A stretch of DNA of 62,196 bases. Origin: Candidatus Levybacteria bacterium RIFCSPLOWO2_12_FULL_39_17. GTDB taxonomy: Bacteria > Patescibacteriota > Microgenomatia > Levybacterales > GWA1-39-11. Numbering within the stretch: the stretch's first letter is position 1; each line of letters opens with the position of its first letter. The stretch is from NCBI GenBank assembly GCA_001782675.1, contig MFPJ01000035.1, forward strand, positions 1 to 62,196. The letters run 5' to 3'. The notes beneath the pieces were generated by a model, which saw only the letters and a program-made list of their open reading frames with translations, had not been told where the DNA came from and made no database searches. Positions 46,855 through 57,110 of the stretch are shown here, piece by piece. Both the position numbers and the translations under genes were made by a program.

Positions 46855-47802
46855 CTATAATTTGCTCGGAGTTAAAGTGGCCTCAATATCTTTAAGTTCG
46901 ATTCGAGATTTGTAGAAGAAATAACCTACTGTTCCAAAGGCAATAATTGGAGAAACGTAGGGAGGGATGCGATATCCAAAGCTATCTAGAATCATTATAA
47001 TTCCCAAAAATAAAATCGAATACATTGCACCGTTTTTTAAATATTTATACTTCTTGATTCTCTCGATGTTTGAAACCGTTAGTTGTCTTAGAACAACTGC
47101 TCCAATGCCGTTTCCTATTAGAATTATTGGAACAGATAAGGTAAAAGCAAAAGCTCCAACTACGCCGTCTATTGAAAAAGTTGAATCTAAAACCTCAAGA
47201 TATGCGATCTTTGAGGCATCTGACATTCCGCCTGACATTAATCTTTTTTCTTGTTGTTCGGCATATTGTCTAAATCCGTGGATAATAAAGAACGCTGTAG
47301 AACCTAAAACCGCTCCGAATGCCATTATGGGATTTTCCTGAAGCGCGAACCAAACAATGACTGAGAGAAGAATCGAAACGATCGCGAAGAACCATGCTCC
47401 TTGCTCATTGAAAAATTTCTCACCTCGCAGTCCATAATTTTTGGTTTCAAGGAAAAGCCAGTTAAAGAAAAGAAACACCATAAAGATCCCTCCCCCAACA
47501 AGTAAAATCGGCGAAGATGCTTCTATTGCTTCATGAATTTTGGGGTCGCCTGAGAAGGTTGCAGTTAGTGCGCCGATGATCCCCAGAGATGGGTTTGAGG
47601 CAAAAACTATAAGAAGCGGGAGGAGTCCCCTAACTATAAAAACCGCAAGCAGAATTCCCCAGAAGAGGAAAAATCGGCGGGCTTTTTTACCCATTGTTGA
47701 AAGAACCTCTGCATTGATAACAGCATTATCGATCGAGGTGATGATCTCAAAAAGTGTAAGCCCGAGGATTGTTAAAATAATAAATCCAAGCTCCATAAAC
47801 AT
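46855..47802 (-). CDS. TerC/DUF475-like integral membrane protein
   Basis: 315-aa polytopic protein. EIITSIDNAVINA is the family-typical SxDN motif. Confidence 0.65.
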   Translation of the reverse strand: MFMELGFIILTILGLTLFEIITSIDNAVINAEVLSTMGKKARRFFLFWGILLAVFIVRGLLPLLIVFASNPSLGIIGALTATFSGDPKIHEAIEASSPILLVGGGIFMVFLFFNWLFLETKNYGLRGEKFFNEQGAWFFAIVSILLSVIVWFALQENPIMAFGAVLGSTAFFIIHGFRQYAEQQEKRLMSGGMSDASKIAYLEVLDSTFSIDGVVGAFAFTLSVPIILIGNGIGAVVLRQLTVSNIERIKKYKYLKNGAMYSILFLGIIMILDSFGYRIPPYVSPIIAFGTVGYFFYKSRIELKDIEATLTPSKL

Positions 47803-47867
47803 TAATTATATATCAAACCCACCAAGGATTGTAATATGGCTGAATTCTGGTAAAATATATTCGGTTT

Positions 47868-47949
47868 GGGCTTGTGCTGAAATTGGTATACAGGCATGCT
47901 TGAGGTGCATGTGCCGCAAGGCGTGGAGGTTCGAGTCCTCTCAAGCCCA
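47868..47949 (+). tRNA. tRNA-Leu (anticodon GAG)
   Basis: 82-nt class II tRNA. Acceptor GGGCTTG/CAAGCCC, anticodon stem-loop catgc-TTGAGGT-gcatg, G37, A73, 13-nt variable arm. Confidence 0.85.
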
Positions 47950-47957
47950 CACCTCAT

Positions 47958-49525
<1,568 letters not shown>

Positions 49526-49607
49526 TTGTTTATCATAAAAGTTCTTTTAAACAAGCGAAGCGCGTTAGCTTCATTTCCAAAATTTTTGCGTCTTTTACTG
49601 CTTTTTA

Positions 49608-49712
49608 CGGCTGCTTTCTCCGATTTTCAAAAAGGGCTTTGATACGCTCTTTTCGGAATTTGTCCCCCATGCAAATTCCGCAATTCCGCCTTCAAAATTC
49701 CTGAGTGTGGAC
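49608..49712. repeat. IR-A right arm (105 bp, perfect)
   Basis: Reverse complement of 48026-48130. Overlaps the IR-B left arm by the 7-bp core tgtggac (49706-49712). Confidence 0.95.
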
Positions 49713-49787
49713 ATTTACGAAAAAATCCGAACTCAATTCAAAAAAGAAAATTCTTAAACTAATTCGCTCGGGCTTCGCCCTCGCTCT
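49706..49787. repeat. IR-B left arm (82 bp, perfect)
   Basis: Exact reverse complement of 52895-52976. Confidence 0.95.
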
Positions 49788-49991
49788 CAAAAACTGTCGG
49801 CTCGTCTCAGATTTATCTGAAGAAAGCGCAAAAATTTTGTTAAAGAACTTTTAACCTAAAATGGCGCAACCGGTAGGCTCAGTTGGGATTGTGTTCCAAA
49901 ACTGTCCGATTGCGCCATTAAAAAACACAATCCGCCAAAACTGAGTCCGTTTTTAATTTATAGGAAAATCGTACACAAATCAAGCCATACG

Positions 49992-50990
49992 TTAACAATT
50001 GATCCAATAGAGGTTCTTAATTCTTTTTGCTAGGTTAAAAGAATTTGCATGCGACACATATCCCAAGTAAGATTGTAAAGCCTGATAATCACTGCCTTGC
50101 ATAAGCTTCTTCAATATTCTCCTCTTAGTACTAGTCCTGGGCAAAGTGTAATGGGGTAAAACAATGTATCCGCAAAAATCAATTCCCCATGAAAGTTTTC
50201 TTGCTGAGGTTTTCTTTGGGTGTAATTCAAGTTTTAAATTCTCTTCCAGGAATTCATTGACAGCGATAAGGTAATCTTCGTGCTGTTTGGTGTTTACACT
50301 TAAGATCAAGAAATCGTCGGCATAACGAAGATAGTGTTTCATTTTTAATCTATGTTTAACAAACTGGTCTAACTCGTTTAAGTATACATTTGAAAATATC
50401 TGGCTGGTTAAATTACCAAGTGGAATTCCACGACCAGATCCTCTCTCAGAACTAAAGCTATCTATTACATTATTGATAAGCCAGTTAATTTCCTCATCCT
50501 TGACCTTTCTTGAAATAAGCTCCTTTAAAATACTGTGATCAACTGAGGCAAAGAACTTTTTAATATCGCATTTCAAAGACCAACACTCACCCGTATAGTT
50601 GAGGCTTACAGCTCTTGTCATTTTCTTAAGCCTTTTGACAGCTTTGTGCGTTCCCTTACTCTTCCGACAAGAATACGAATCGTAAATAAAGTGTTTATCA
50701 AACAATTCGTATAGATATTTGTAGAGAAGATGGTGCAGGACACGGTCGCGAACGTTTGATTTATGGATATGGCGTCTTTTAGGATCTGTTACGTAAAATT
50801 CTTGATATGTACCGTGTTTATATGTTTTCTTGTTTAATTCTTCATATAAACTAAATAGGTTATCTTCCAAATGTCTTTCAAATTTTTGCACGTCCTTTTT
50901 ATTTCTTTTTTCCTTTTTAAACTCGTCCCATGCGTGAAATAGGTTTTCAATTGTTATAATATCTCGATACTTTAATTCTTCTGCCTTCAT
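49992..50990 (-). CDS. DGR-type reverse transcriptase
   Basis: 332 aa. YADD box (LRYADDFLIL) and RGIPLGNLTSQIFSNVYLNELD (DGR-typical LGxxxSQ). Lies next to a TR/VR pair. Confidence 0.9.
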   Translation of the reverse strand: MKAEELKYRDIITIENLFHAWDEFKKEKRNKKDVQKFERHLEDNLFSLYEELNKKTYKHGTYQEFYVTDPKRRHIHKSNVRDRVLHHLLYKYLYELFDKHFIYDSYSCRKSKGTHKAVKRLKKMTRAVSLNYTGECWSLKCDIKKFFASVDHSILKELISRKVKDEEINWLINNVIDSFSSERGSGRGIPLGNLTSQIFSNVYLNELDQFVKHRLKMKHYLRYADDFLILSVNTKQHEDYLIAVNEFLEENLKLELHPKKTSARKLSWGIDFCGYIVLPHYTLPRTSTKRRILKKLMQGSDYQALQSYLGYVSHANSFNLAKRIKNLYWINC

Positions 50991-51040
50991 AAATTTTTCA
51001 AACTATATATGCAGACTGGCAAAAATATACACAAAGACGC

Positions 51041-51064
51041 AGAGAGAGAGAGAGAGAGAGAGAG
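51041..51064. repeat. (AG)12 microsatellite
   Basis: agagag... x12, followed by tgtgagagtgag. Lies in the divergent RT/Avd spacer. Confidence 0.9.
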
Positions 51065-51097
51065 TGTGAGAGTGAGTATAAACTACCCCTAAATGAT

Positions 51098-51454
51098 ATT
51101 CCGATTTTCATTAAGCTTTATGATTTTTACAAAAATTTAACACCTGTTATTACTGCTTTTCCTAAAACGAAGCGCTACACTTTGGGGCAGAAATTGGACA
51201 ATATAACTCTTGATATTCTCGAATTATTGTTTTCTGTACCCGCGTCTAAGGACAAGGTCGACATACTTCAGCAAATAAGTACAAAAATTGACCTTATTAA
51301 AGTCTTACTACGACTTGCAAAAGACAGTCAGGCAATACAAAACAACAAATATTTAGGACTTGAATCAATTTTACAAGAAATAGGCAGGATGCTTGGGAGA
51401 TGGATAAGATCAACCAAGCAAAATAGTGGGCAGGGGCAGGATAAGCTTCTTTAA
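51098..51454 (+). CDS. avd: DGR accessory variability determinant (Avd, four-helix-bundle family)
   Basis: The C-terminus LQEIGRMLGRWIRSTKQNSGQG parallels Bordetella phage bAvd (EVGRILGSWIARVNRKGQAG). The track ORF starts at TTG 51182, but the homologous N-terminus IPIFIKLYDFYKNLTPVITAFPKTKRYTLG lies in frame upstream with no ATG/GTG/TTG, so the 5' limit is uncertain. Confidence 0.7.
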   Translation: MPIFIKLYDFYKNLTPVITAFPKTKRYTLGQKLDNITLDILELLFSVPASKDKVDILQQISTKIDLIKVLLRLAKDSQAIQNNKYLGLESILQEIGRMLGRWIRSTKQNSGQGQDKLL

Positions 51455-51464
51455 CCTCACCAGA

Positions 51465-51579
51465 TACTTCCATGCGGAGAACACCTATGTTCTGATTGCC
51501 GTTGTCGCGATTCCAGTTATTCACGTTCACCCCGTTGTCGGGCTTAGCATTACCAACGTTGGCGACATTCGAGCCAGTG
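51465..51579 (-). repeat. DGR template repeat (TR)
   Basis: 115-bp match to 51882-51996. In the VR frame it encodes TGSNVANVGNAKPDNGVNVNNWNRDNGNQNIGVLRMEV, rich in AAY Asn codons. Confidence 0.9.
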
Positions 51580-51851
51580 CTTCCGCGAGTAATTCTCCGT
51601 AATATATAATTCTCACTATAGTTTGATTGCTCTTACTACTGTATTTTATTCGTCCCAAGGACAAAAGAGAAAAACTCGTAGTGTCTAGTAAGCTTACTTT
51701 AAGTACGCTTTTGACAATTACTTGTCAAAACTCTGACTTTTGAAAGTTCTAGAAATAGGCGAAGAATAAAACGTGTTTATGCTTTCACTGCCTAATGAGG
51801 GTATTTTACAAAAAAAATTTCGGAAAAACCAAGAGGAAAAATCCAAAAGAA

Positions 51852-51881
51852 CCAAAAAACCAATTACTTAGTCTCAATTGG
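51852..51881 (-). terminator. hairpin + T-run at the target-gene stop (terminator and/or DGR target-recognition hairpin)
   Basis: Minus strand reads CCAATT-gagactaagt-AATTGG then TTTTTT. The stop codon sits in the loop, immediately 3' of VR. Confidence 0.5.
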
Positions 51882-52679
51882 CACTACCATGCGGAGAACA
51901 CCTATGTCCCGACGGCCGCTGCCGCGACCCCAGTGATCCACGAACACCCCGTAGCCGGGCCCAGCATCACCAACGTAGGCGACATCCGAGCCAGTGGAAT
52001 TTGTAGGATTTTTAGTTCTTGTATATACATAGTTTAGGCCTTGAGCTGCTGCATATTCGGATCCAAGTAACCACTGTCCTGTTGCTTCTTCGTGCTGAAA
52101 GACTATATCTGTAACGGTAGATGCTTCGCCGGGAATTATTTGTCCTAATCCTTCTTGTCCTAGTCTTTGTCTTAATTCAACTGCATCAACAGCCACAGCC
52201 TTATCTTGTCCCTCTACACCTTTACTGAAACTGTCAGGCACAAAAGCTCTTTCTGGAGCGGGATATATAGCTATTTCAACCTTTCGTGAAGGAACGGCTA
52301 CTAATCTGTTTTCACTTGTGGTTAGGTACGCAAAAGAAGGTTTCCCTTTTTTAGCACGGGAATCTTTTTGAGCTGTAATCGTTTCTCCAAGTGGAGTATA
52401 TATAAGTGCACCATCGGCAATTAAAGCCTCTCTTTCCACATCTGTGAAGCTTTCTCTAATAGTCAATTGTTCAATAACCGTTGGTGTTTCAAGAGGAACT
52501 GGCGCTGTAGGACTAGAAAAATGTTCAGGCATACCAAGTTTCCTTGCAATTTTGGCTCGTGCGCCATAGGATTTAGCGTCAGCGCTGAGTGTGTCTGCAA
52601 GATCAGGATAACCCTTCTGCTTGAATTGTTTGGCTAATTGATCGGCTTGTCGACGTAACTGGTCAAGTTCTGCTGCCAT
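51864..52679 (-). CDS. DGR target (variable) protein with C-terminal VR
   Basis: 271 aa. VR encodes TGSDVAYVGDAGPGYGVFVDHWGRGSGRRDIGVLRMVV at the extreme C-terminus. The ...W...G..R pattern is typical of CLec-fold DGR targets. Confidence 0.85.
   Translation of the reverse strand: MAAELDQLRRQADQLAKQFKQKGYPDLADTLSADAKSYGARAKIARKLGMPEHFSSPTAPVPLETPTVIEQLTIRESFTDVEREALIADGALIYTPLGETITAQKDSRAKKGKPSFAYLTTSENRLVAVPSRKVEIAIYPAPERAFVPDSFSKGVEGQDKAVAVDAVELRQRLGQEGLGQIIPGEASTVTDIVFQHEEATGQWLLGSEYAAAQGLNYVYTRTKNPTNSTGSDVAYVGDAGPGYGVFVDHWGRGSGRRDIGVLRMVVPIETK
51882..51996 (-). repeat. DGR variable repeat (VR)
   Basis: Differs from TR at 20 positions. All are T in TR on the plus strand, i.e. A on the coding strand. 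No other mismatches. Confidence 0.9.
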
Positions 52680-52688
52680 AATCCGAGC

Positions 52689-52717
52689 ATTTTATACTAA
52701 CTATAGGGCGTTGTCAA
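52689..52717 (-). promoter_or_regulatory. sigma-70-like promoter of the DGR target gene
   Basis: Minus strand: TTGACA, 17-nt spacer, TAAAAT. The ATG at 52679 is 9 nt downstream of the -10 box. Confidence 0.5.
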
Positions 52718-52894
52718 GATCCCGCCTGTTTTTTTAATCTTAAACATTTTGCTATAACTTTCCCTTTAAAATTTGTTAAAATACAAGGGAGTAAAATATA
52801 TTGTCCGCGTACGGGAAGGGTTGGGACAAGGACAATTAAAATAAATTTCCTTGCTCGTACGATAGTAACGAGAAAATCGCGCGCAAAAATACCT

Positions 52895-52976
52895 AGAGCG
52901 AGGGCGAAGCCCGAGCGAATTAGTTTAAGAATTTTCTTTTTTGAATTGAGTTCGGATTTTTTCGTAAATGTCCACA
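52895..52976. repeat. IR-B right arm (82 bp, perfect)
   Basis: Reverse complement of 49706-49787. Ends in the core gtccaca. Confidence 0.95.
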
Positions 52977-52996
52977 TTTGATATAATATTTTTTCT

Positions 52997-53069
52997 GCCT
53001 AGATTGCCAATGTGGTCAAGGCGCCAGTCTGAAGAACTGGTTATGCGGGTTCGATTCCTGCTCTAGGCA
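52997..53069 (+). tRNA. tRNA-Phe (anticodon GAA)
   Basis: 73 nt. Acceptor GCCTAGA/TCTAGGC, anticodon stem-loop ccagt-CTGAAGA-actgg, T-loop TTCGATT. The D-arm is atypical. Confidence 0.75.
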
Positions 53070-53072
53070 CAT

Positions 53073-53144
53073 GCGGGAGTAGTTCATTGGTAGAATGCTT
53101 CCTTGCCAAGGAAGATGTGGCGGGTTCGATTCCCGTCTCCCGCT
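53073..53144 (+). tRNA. tRNA-Gly (anticodon GCC)
   Basis: 72 nt. Acceptor GCGGGAG/CTCCCGC, anticodon loop TTGCCAA, discriminator U. Confidence 0.9.
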
Positions 53145-53331
53145 CAGCATTGGCGGGCAGGCAATGAATTCGATTGCACCTGCGGGTATGCTGCTTAAAA
53201 AAACTTCACCAGACTCCATAAAAAAGCCCCAGATCATAAACATACGGGGTAGGTAAGCATAACTCATAATTTCTCACTCTTTCTTACAAAACTCTTACAC
53301 AAAATCGCTTGAAGTTTTAATTTTTAATTGC

Positions 53332-53360
53332 TTGACACCATTTTGCTCCTTTGTTATATT
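53332..53360 (+). promoter_or_regulatory. sigma-70-like promoter of the cell-wall cluster
   Basis: TTGACA, 17-nt spacer, TATATT. Confidence 0.45.
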
Positions 53361-53436
53361 GGTAACTCCGCAATCAGGCATTATCTTCTAATTCAAATCA
53401 GCTTTTGTTTCAACAGAATACGAAAGCCAAAAATAG

Positions 53437-54690
53437 ATGAGTCAGATAAACATCAGTAATTTAAAAGCCAGGGCTTCCCGTCTATTTATCGCAATCGGCG
53501 CCGCGCTTCTTCTTTCAATGATAATGAATTTTAATTTTGTTTCAAAATCTATAATTTCTCCGCTTGCTAACGATAGACATACGGAATCGGTCCAAGGCAA
53601 ACAGGAAACTTACGAAATTTTTGGATTTGCTCCCTATTGGACAATAAATAAACTAGAAAATGTTGACTTCAATGTTTTGACTACTTTGGCTTATTTTGGT
53701 ATTCCGGTAAAAACAAACGGCACTCTTGATACATCGGACACGGGCTATCAAGTTTTTAAGAGTCCGAAAGCAACAGCTTTATTTGAAAAAGCTCATTCAC
53801 ACGGAACAAAAGTAGTTTTGACATTAACGCAAATGAACAACAGTACAATTAAAAGTTTTTTGGATGATAAAAATGCTCAGAAAAAAGCAATTAATGAAGC
53901 TGTGAAGTTAGTTAAAGAACGCGGAATAGATGGCCTTAATATAGATTTTGAATATACGGGAAATCCCGGCCGCGAATATAAAGATAAATTCAGCAGCTTT
54001 GTGGCGTTAGCAAAGAAAAAGCTCAGTCAGGAGATTCCGGGCTCAAGACTTTCCGTCTCAGTTTATGCCTCATCTGCAAAAGCTCCGAAAATGTATGACA
54101 TAGCAGCTATCTCAAAGTCATCAGATTCAATTTTTATGATGGCTTATGATTTTGCGACAGCCGGCGCGGATGTTGTTATTCCCACCGCTCCTCTCTACGG
54201 CTATCGCGAAGGAAAATACTGGTATGACATTGCTACTGCAGTTGAAGATTTTCTAAAAGTTATGCCGGCCGAGAAATTAATACTTGGCCTTCCGTGGTAT
54301 GGATATAATTACCCTGTTTCCTCCCCCGGGGTCAAGGTCGCAAGGTACCAGGGTTATTCTTACTACTATTGGTGGGGGAGAAGAAGGTATAGGGCATATT
54401 ATCGGCCTCCCGCATCTGCTCAGACATACGCAAACGCAATCAATAACATAGAGGAGGATGCAAGCGGTTGGGATGATTATGGGAAAGTAGGTTGGAAAGC
54501 GTATAAAGAGGGAGGAATCTGGAGAATGATATTTCTTGATGACAGTAAGTCATTAAAAATTAAATACCAATTTGCAAAGGAAAAGAATTTAGCGGGAGTC
54601 GGAATGTGGGCTCTTGGATTTGATGACGGAAAGCATGAGTTATGGAATCTTTTGAATTTAGAATTTGGAAATATGCTGGCAAGAAAGTAG
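53437..54690 (+). CDS. glycoside hydrolase family 18 (chitinase/YaaH-like), membrane-anchored
   Basis: 417 aa. Has the DGLNIDFEY catalytic DxxDxDxE motif and an N-terminal TM helix. Confidence 0.85.
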   Translation: MSQINISNLKARASRLFIAIGAALLLSMIMNFNFVSKSIISPLANDRHTESVQGKQETYEIFGFAPYWTINKLENVDFNVLTTLAYFGIPVKTNGTLDTSDTGYQVFKSPKATALFEKAHSHGTKVVLTLTQMNNSTIKSFLDDKNAQKKAINEAVKLVKERGIDGLNIDFEYTGNPGREYKDKFSSFVALAKKKLSQEIPGSRLSVSVYASSAKAPKMYDIAAISKSSDSIFMMAYDFATAGADVVIPTAPLYGYREGKYWYDIATAVEDFLKVMPAEKLILGLPWYGYNYPVSSPGVKVARYQGYSYYYWWGRRRYRAYYRPPASAQTYANAINNIEEDASGWDDYGKVGWKAYKEGGIWRMIFLDDSKSLKIKYQFAKEKNLAGVGMWALGFDDGKHELWNLLNLEFGNMLARK

Positions 54691-54698
54691 CTTATATT

Positions 54699-55760
54699 AT
54701 GGAATCGTTATTTAACATCAAGAAATCAAGCGTTCTCTCATTCGTCTTAGGTTTTTCAGGCGTAGCCATAATGATTATTTTGAATTCGATAGGACTTAAG
54801 CCTGTTAAGACAATTGACGCGATCATTCAAAGAGAGACAAAAGTTCAAAAAGTTCAAGATCGTATTACCCCAAAACTTGAAAAAATAAAAAATAACTTTA
54901 AGATCAAAAAAAATAAAAATATTGTCCCTCGGGTATACGGAGATAATACGCAAGTTGAGGCAAAAGCATATGGCGCCATCGATTTCAATACGGGTGAAGT
55001 CCTGGTCCATAAAAATCTCGAAATGTCTCTTCCGATTGCTTCTGTTACAAAAATTATGACCGCTGTAGTTGCTTTGGATTTGGCAGAAAAGGATGATTTA
55101 TTCACTGTGTCAAGAAAAGCCTCAAAGGTCTCTCCCACAAAAATAGGAGTTGTACCGGAACAAAAAATGACGCTTCAGGAATTGCTCAATGCCCTGCTTC
55201 TGACTTCAGCAAATGACGCGGCAGAAGTAATAAAGGAAGGTATAAATGTAAAGTATCAAGGCGAGGTTTTTGTTGCGTCAATGAATAAAAAAGCAAAGTT
55301 TTTAAACCTTAAAAATTCAAATTTTGCGAATCCTCAGGGCTTTGATAATAAAAAAAATTACAGCTCCGTTGGGGACTTGGCGGTTTTGACCCACTATGCT
55401 CTTTCAAATTACCCGATAATTTCTGAGATTGTTAAAAAAGATTATGAATTTCTGCCAAAGAACCAAAATCATAAACAATTTGATCTTTACAATTGGAATG
55501 GATTAATTGGTGTATATCCAAACACAATAGGTGTAAAAATAGGAAATACCGGTCTTGCGGGAAAAACAACAGTTGTAGTTTCCCAGCGCGAAGGAAATAA
55601 AATTATATCAATTGTTTTAGGGGCTCCGGGTATCCTTGAGCGGGATCTTTGGGCTGCTAAATTACTTGATCTTGGATTTGAGCAAAAAGGACTCAAAGCT
55701 GCTATGATTAAGGAGGATGATCTAAATCAAAAATATAATTCCTGGAAATACTGGAATTGA
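54699..55760 (+). CDS. D-alanyl-D-alanine carboxypeptidase (peptidase S11)
   Basis: SVTK (SxxK), SANDAA (SxN) and KIGNTG (KTG-like) motifs. The internal Met after the GH18 stop is preferred over the track start at 54642. Confidence 0.85.
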   Translation: MESLFNIKKSSVLSFVLGFSGVAIMIILNSIGLKPVKTIDAIIQRETKVQKVQDRITPKLEKIKNNFKIKKNKNIVPRVYGDNTQVEAKAYGAIDFNTGEVLVHKNLEMSLPIASVTKIMTAVVALDLAEKDDLFTVSRKASKVSPTKIGVVPEQKMTLQELLNALLLTSANDAAEVIKEGINVKYQGEVFVASMNKKAKFLNLKNSNFANPQGFDNKKNYSSVGDLAVLTHYALSNYPIISEIVKKDYEFLPKNQNHKQFDLYNWNGLIGVYPNTIGVKIGNTGLAGKTTVVVSQREGNKIISIVLGAPGILERDLWAAKLLDLGFEQKGLKAAMIKEDDLNQKYNSWKYWN

Positions 55761-56944
55761 TTATTCAATTGAAAAAAATTAAATTTCACCCGCGCCTTTT
55801 TTTCTCCTTATCCTTTTTAGTTATTGCTTTAAGTTTATCATTTTATGGACTTGGAGAAATAAAAAGACTTAAGTCTGAGGTCTCCTCCCTAAGAGGTGTC
55901 GGGAAACAGCTTGAGTTAAACCGGGAAGAGCTTCAAAGTTTAAAAAATCAGGACCAATATAAAATTAATCAAAAATTAAACAAAGAAATTGATGATATTA
56001 ACACAACATACAAAAGAGCGGCTATAAGCTTTGAGAGTCTGGATGATTTAAGTTTAACCACGAAAAAAACAGATGACATGAAGAAGGATTTTGCCGCTAT
56101 CTTAAATTTTCTGTCCGAGCGGAATTACGCTTCTGCTGCTGCTAAAATTGCTTTTTTGGATAGCGAAATTAAGAAAGAAAAAGATAGAATTACATCGAGT
56201 TTCTCCTCTTCTATTATAGATAACGCTAATATTGTTTCAAGCGTATCTCCTCCGGGGGCAGGTTATCAAAGACAGCAGGTTGGAGTTCTTGAGTCTTCTT
56301 TTGTTGTTGATGTTGTTGCGGCCGATTTATCCTCAACCAGAATAATAGTTGATACGGCATCTACCAGCGACTGCCGTGACAATTGCCCGGTCTTATCTTT
56401 AAGCGACTATATCTCGCGGAACGGGGCTTGGGCAGGAGTAAACGGTTCTTACTTTTGCCCCGCTTCCTACCCTTCTTGTGCCGGCCGAGCTAATTCCTTT
56501 GACACCCTTCTTATGAATAAAAATAAAGTTTATTTCAATTCAGAAAATAATGTATACAGCAATGTTCCGGCGGCAATATTTCTTCCGGGCTCAATTCGTT
56601 TTGTGGGAAGATCTCTTGAATGGGGAAGGGACACCGGGGTTGATGGCGTTTTGGCCAATCAGCCGCTTCTTCTCTCTGGAGGAAATGTTGTTTTTGGCGG
56701 AGATGGGGATCCCAAGAAAGGCTCACGAGGAACAAGGAGTTTTGTGGGATCCAAAGGGGGCACGGCTTACATCGGAGTTGTTCATAATGTAACGGTGGCC
56801 GAGATGGCTCATGTTCTGGCGGCGCTTGGACTTGAAAATGCCTTAAATCTTGACAGCGGCGGCTCAACCGCTTTATGGGCGGGAGGATATAAGGCAGGAC
56901 CGGGAAGGAATATACCAAACGCAATATTATTTGTTGGAAAGTAA
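55757..56944 (+). CDS. phosphodiester glycosidase (NAGPA/DUF2233) family protein with N-terminal coiled coil
   Basis: 395 aa. Contains AGVNGSYF, RSFVGSKGGTAYIGVV and LNLDSGGSTALW. Confidence 0.65.
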   Translation: MIIQLKKIKFHPRLFFSLSFLVIALSLSFYGLGEIKRLKSEVSSLRGVGKQLELNREELQSLKNQDQYKINQKLNKEIDDINTTYKRAAISFESLDDLSLTTKKTDDMKKDFAAILNFLSERNYASAAAKIAFLDSEIKKEKDRITSSFSSSIIDNANIVSSVSPPGAGYQRQQVGVLESSFVVDVVAADLSSTRIIVDTASTSDCRDNCPVLSLSDYISRNGAWAGVNGSYFCPASYPSCAGRANSFDTLLMNKNKVYFNSENNVYSNVPAAIFLPGSIRFVGRSLEWGRDTGVDGVLANQPLLLSGGNVVFGGDGDPKKGSRGTRSFVGSKGGTAYIGVVHNVTVAEMAHVLAALGLENALNLDSGGSTALWAGGYKAGPGRNIPNAILFVGK

Positions 56945-56973
56945 ATCTAACAAGGAATTTGTCAAAAATTCAT

Positions 56974-56988
56974 CAAGGAGTATCCTTG
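56974..56988. repeat. CAAGGAGTATCCTTG palindrome (single unit)
   Basis: 6-3-6 perfect palindrome, complementary orientation to the 42041 units. Confidence 0.7.
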
Positions 56989-57110
56989 CGGGGTATTTAG
57001 GTTCTCAGAAGGTTATTTTGATCACGAAACAATAATATCCAAGCTTTACCTTTAAAAATCTTACCTTCCTTTATCCCTATCTTAACACTTAGGCTTTAAA
57101 TTATGGGGAT

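Noticed and set aside
47868-47949. First-pass call as tRNA-Ser(TGA)
   Set aside because: Re-folding shows the only 5-bp anticodon stem is catgc/gcatg, which puts GAG in positions 34-36. With A73 and G37, this makes it tRNA-Leu(GAG).
51297-51530. ORF 51297..51530 (-), starting MNVNNWNRDNGNQNIGVLRM
   Set aside because: Its N-terminus is just the TR read in the VR frame. The rest is antisense to avd. It is non-coding template sequence.
52714-52977. ORF 52714..52977 (-)
   Set aside because: It starts inside the IR-B right arm and runs through the target-gene promoter. It has no motif support. An equivalent reading frame exists in the inverted copy only because of the repeat.
53016-53267. ORF 53016..53267 (-)
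   Set aside because: It overlaps tRNA-Phe and tRNA-Gly on the opposite strand.
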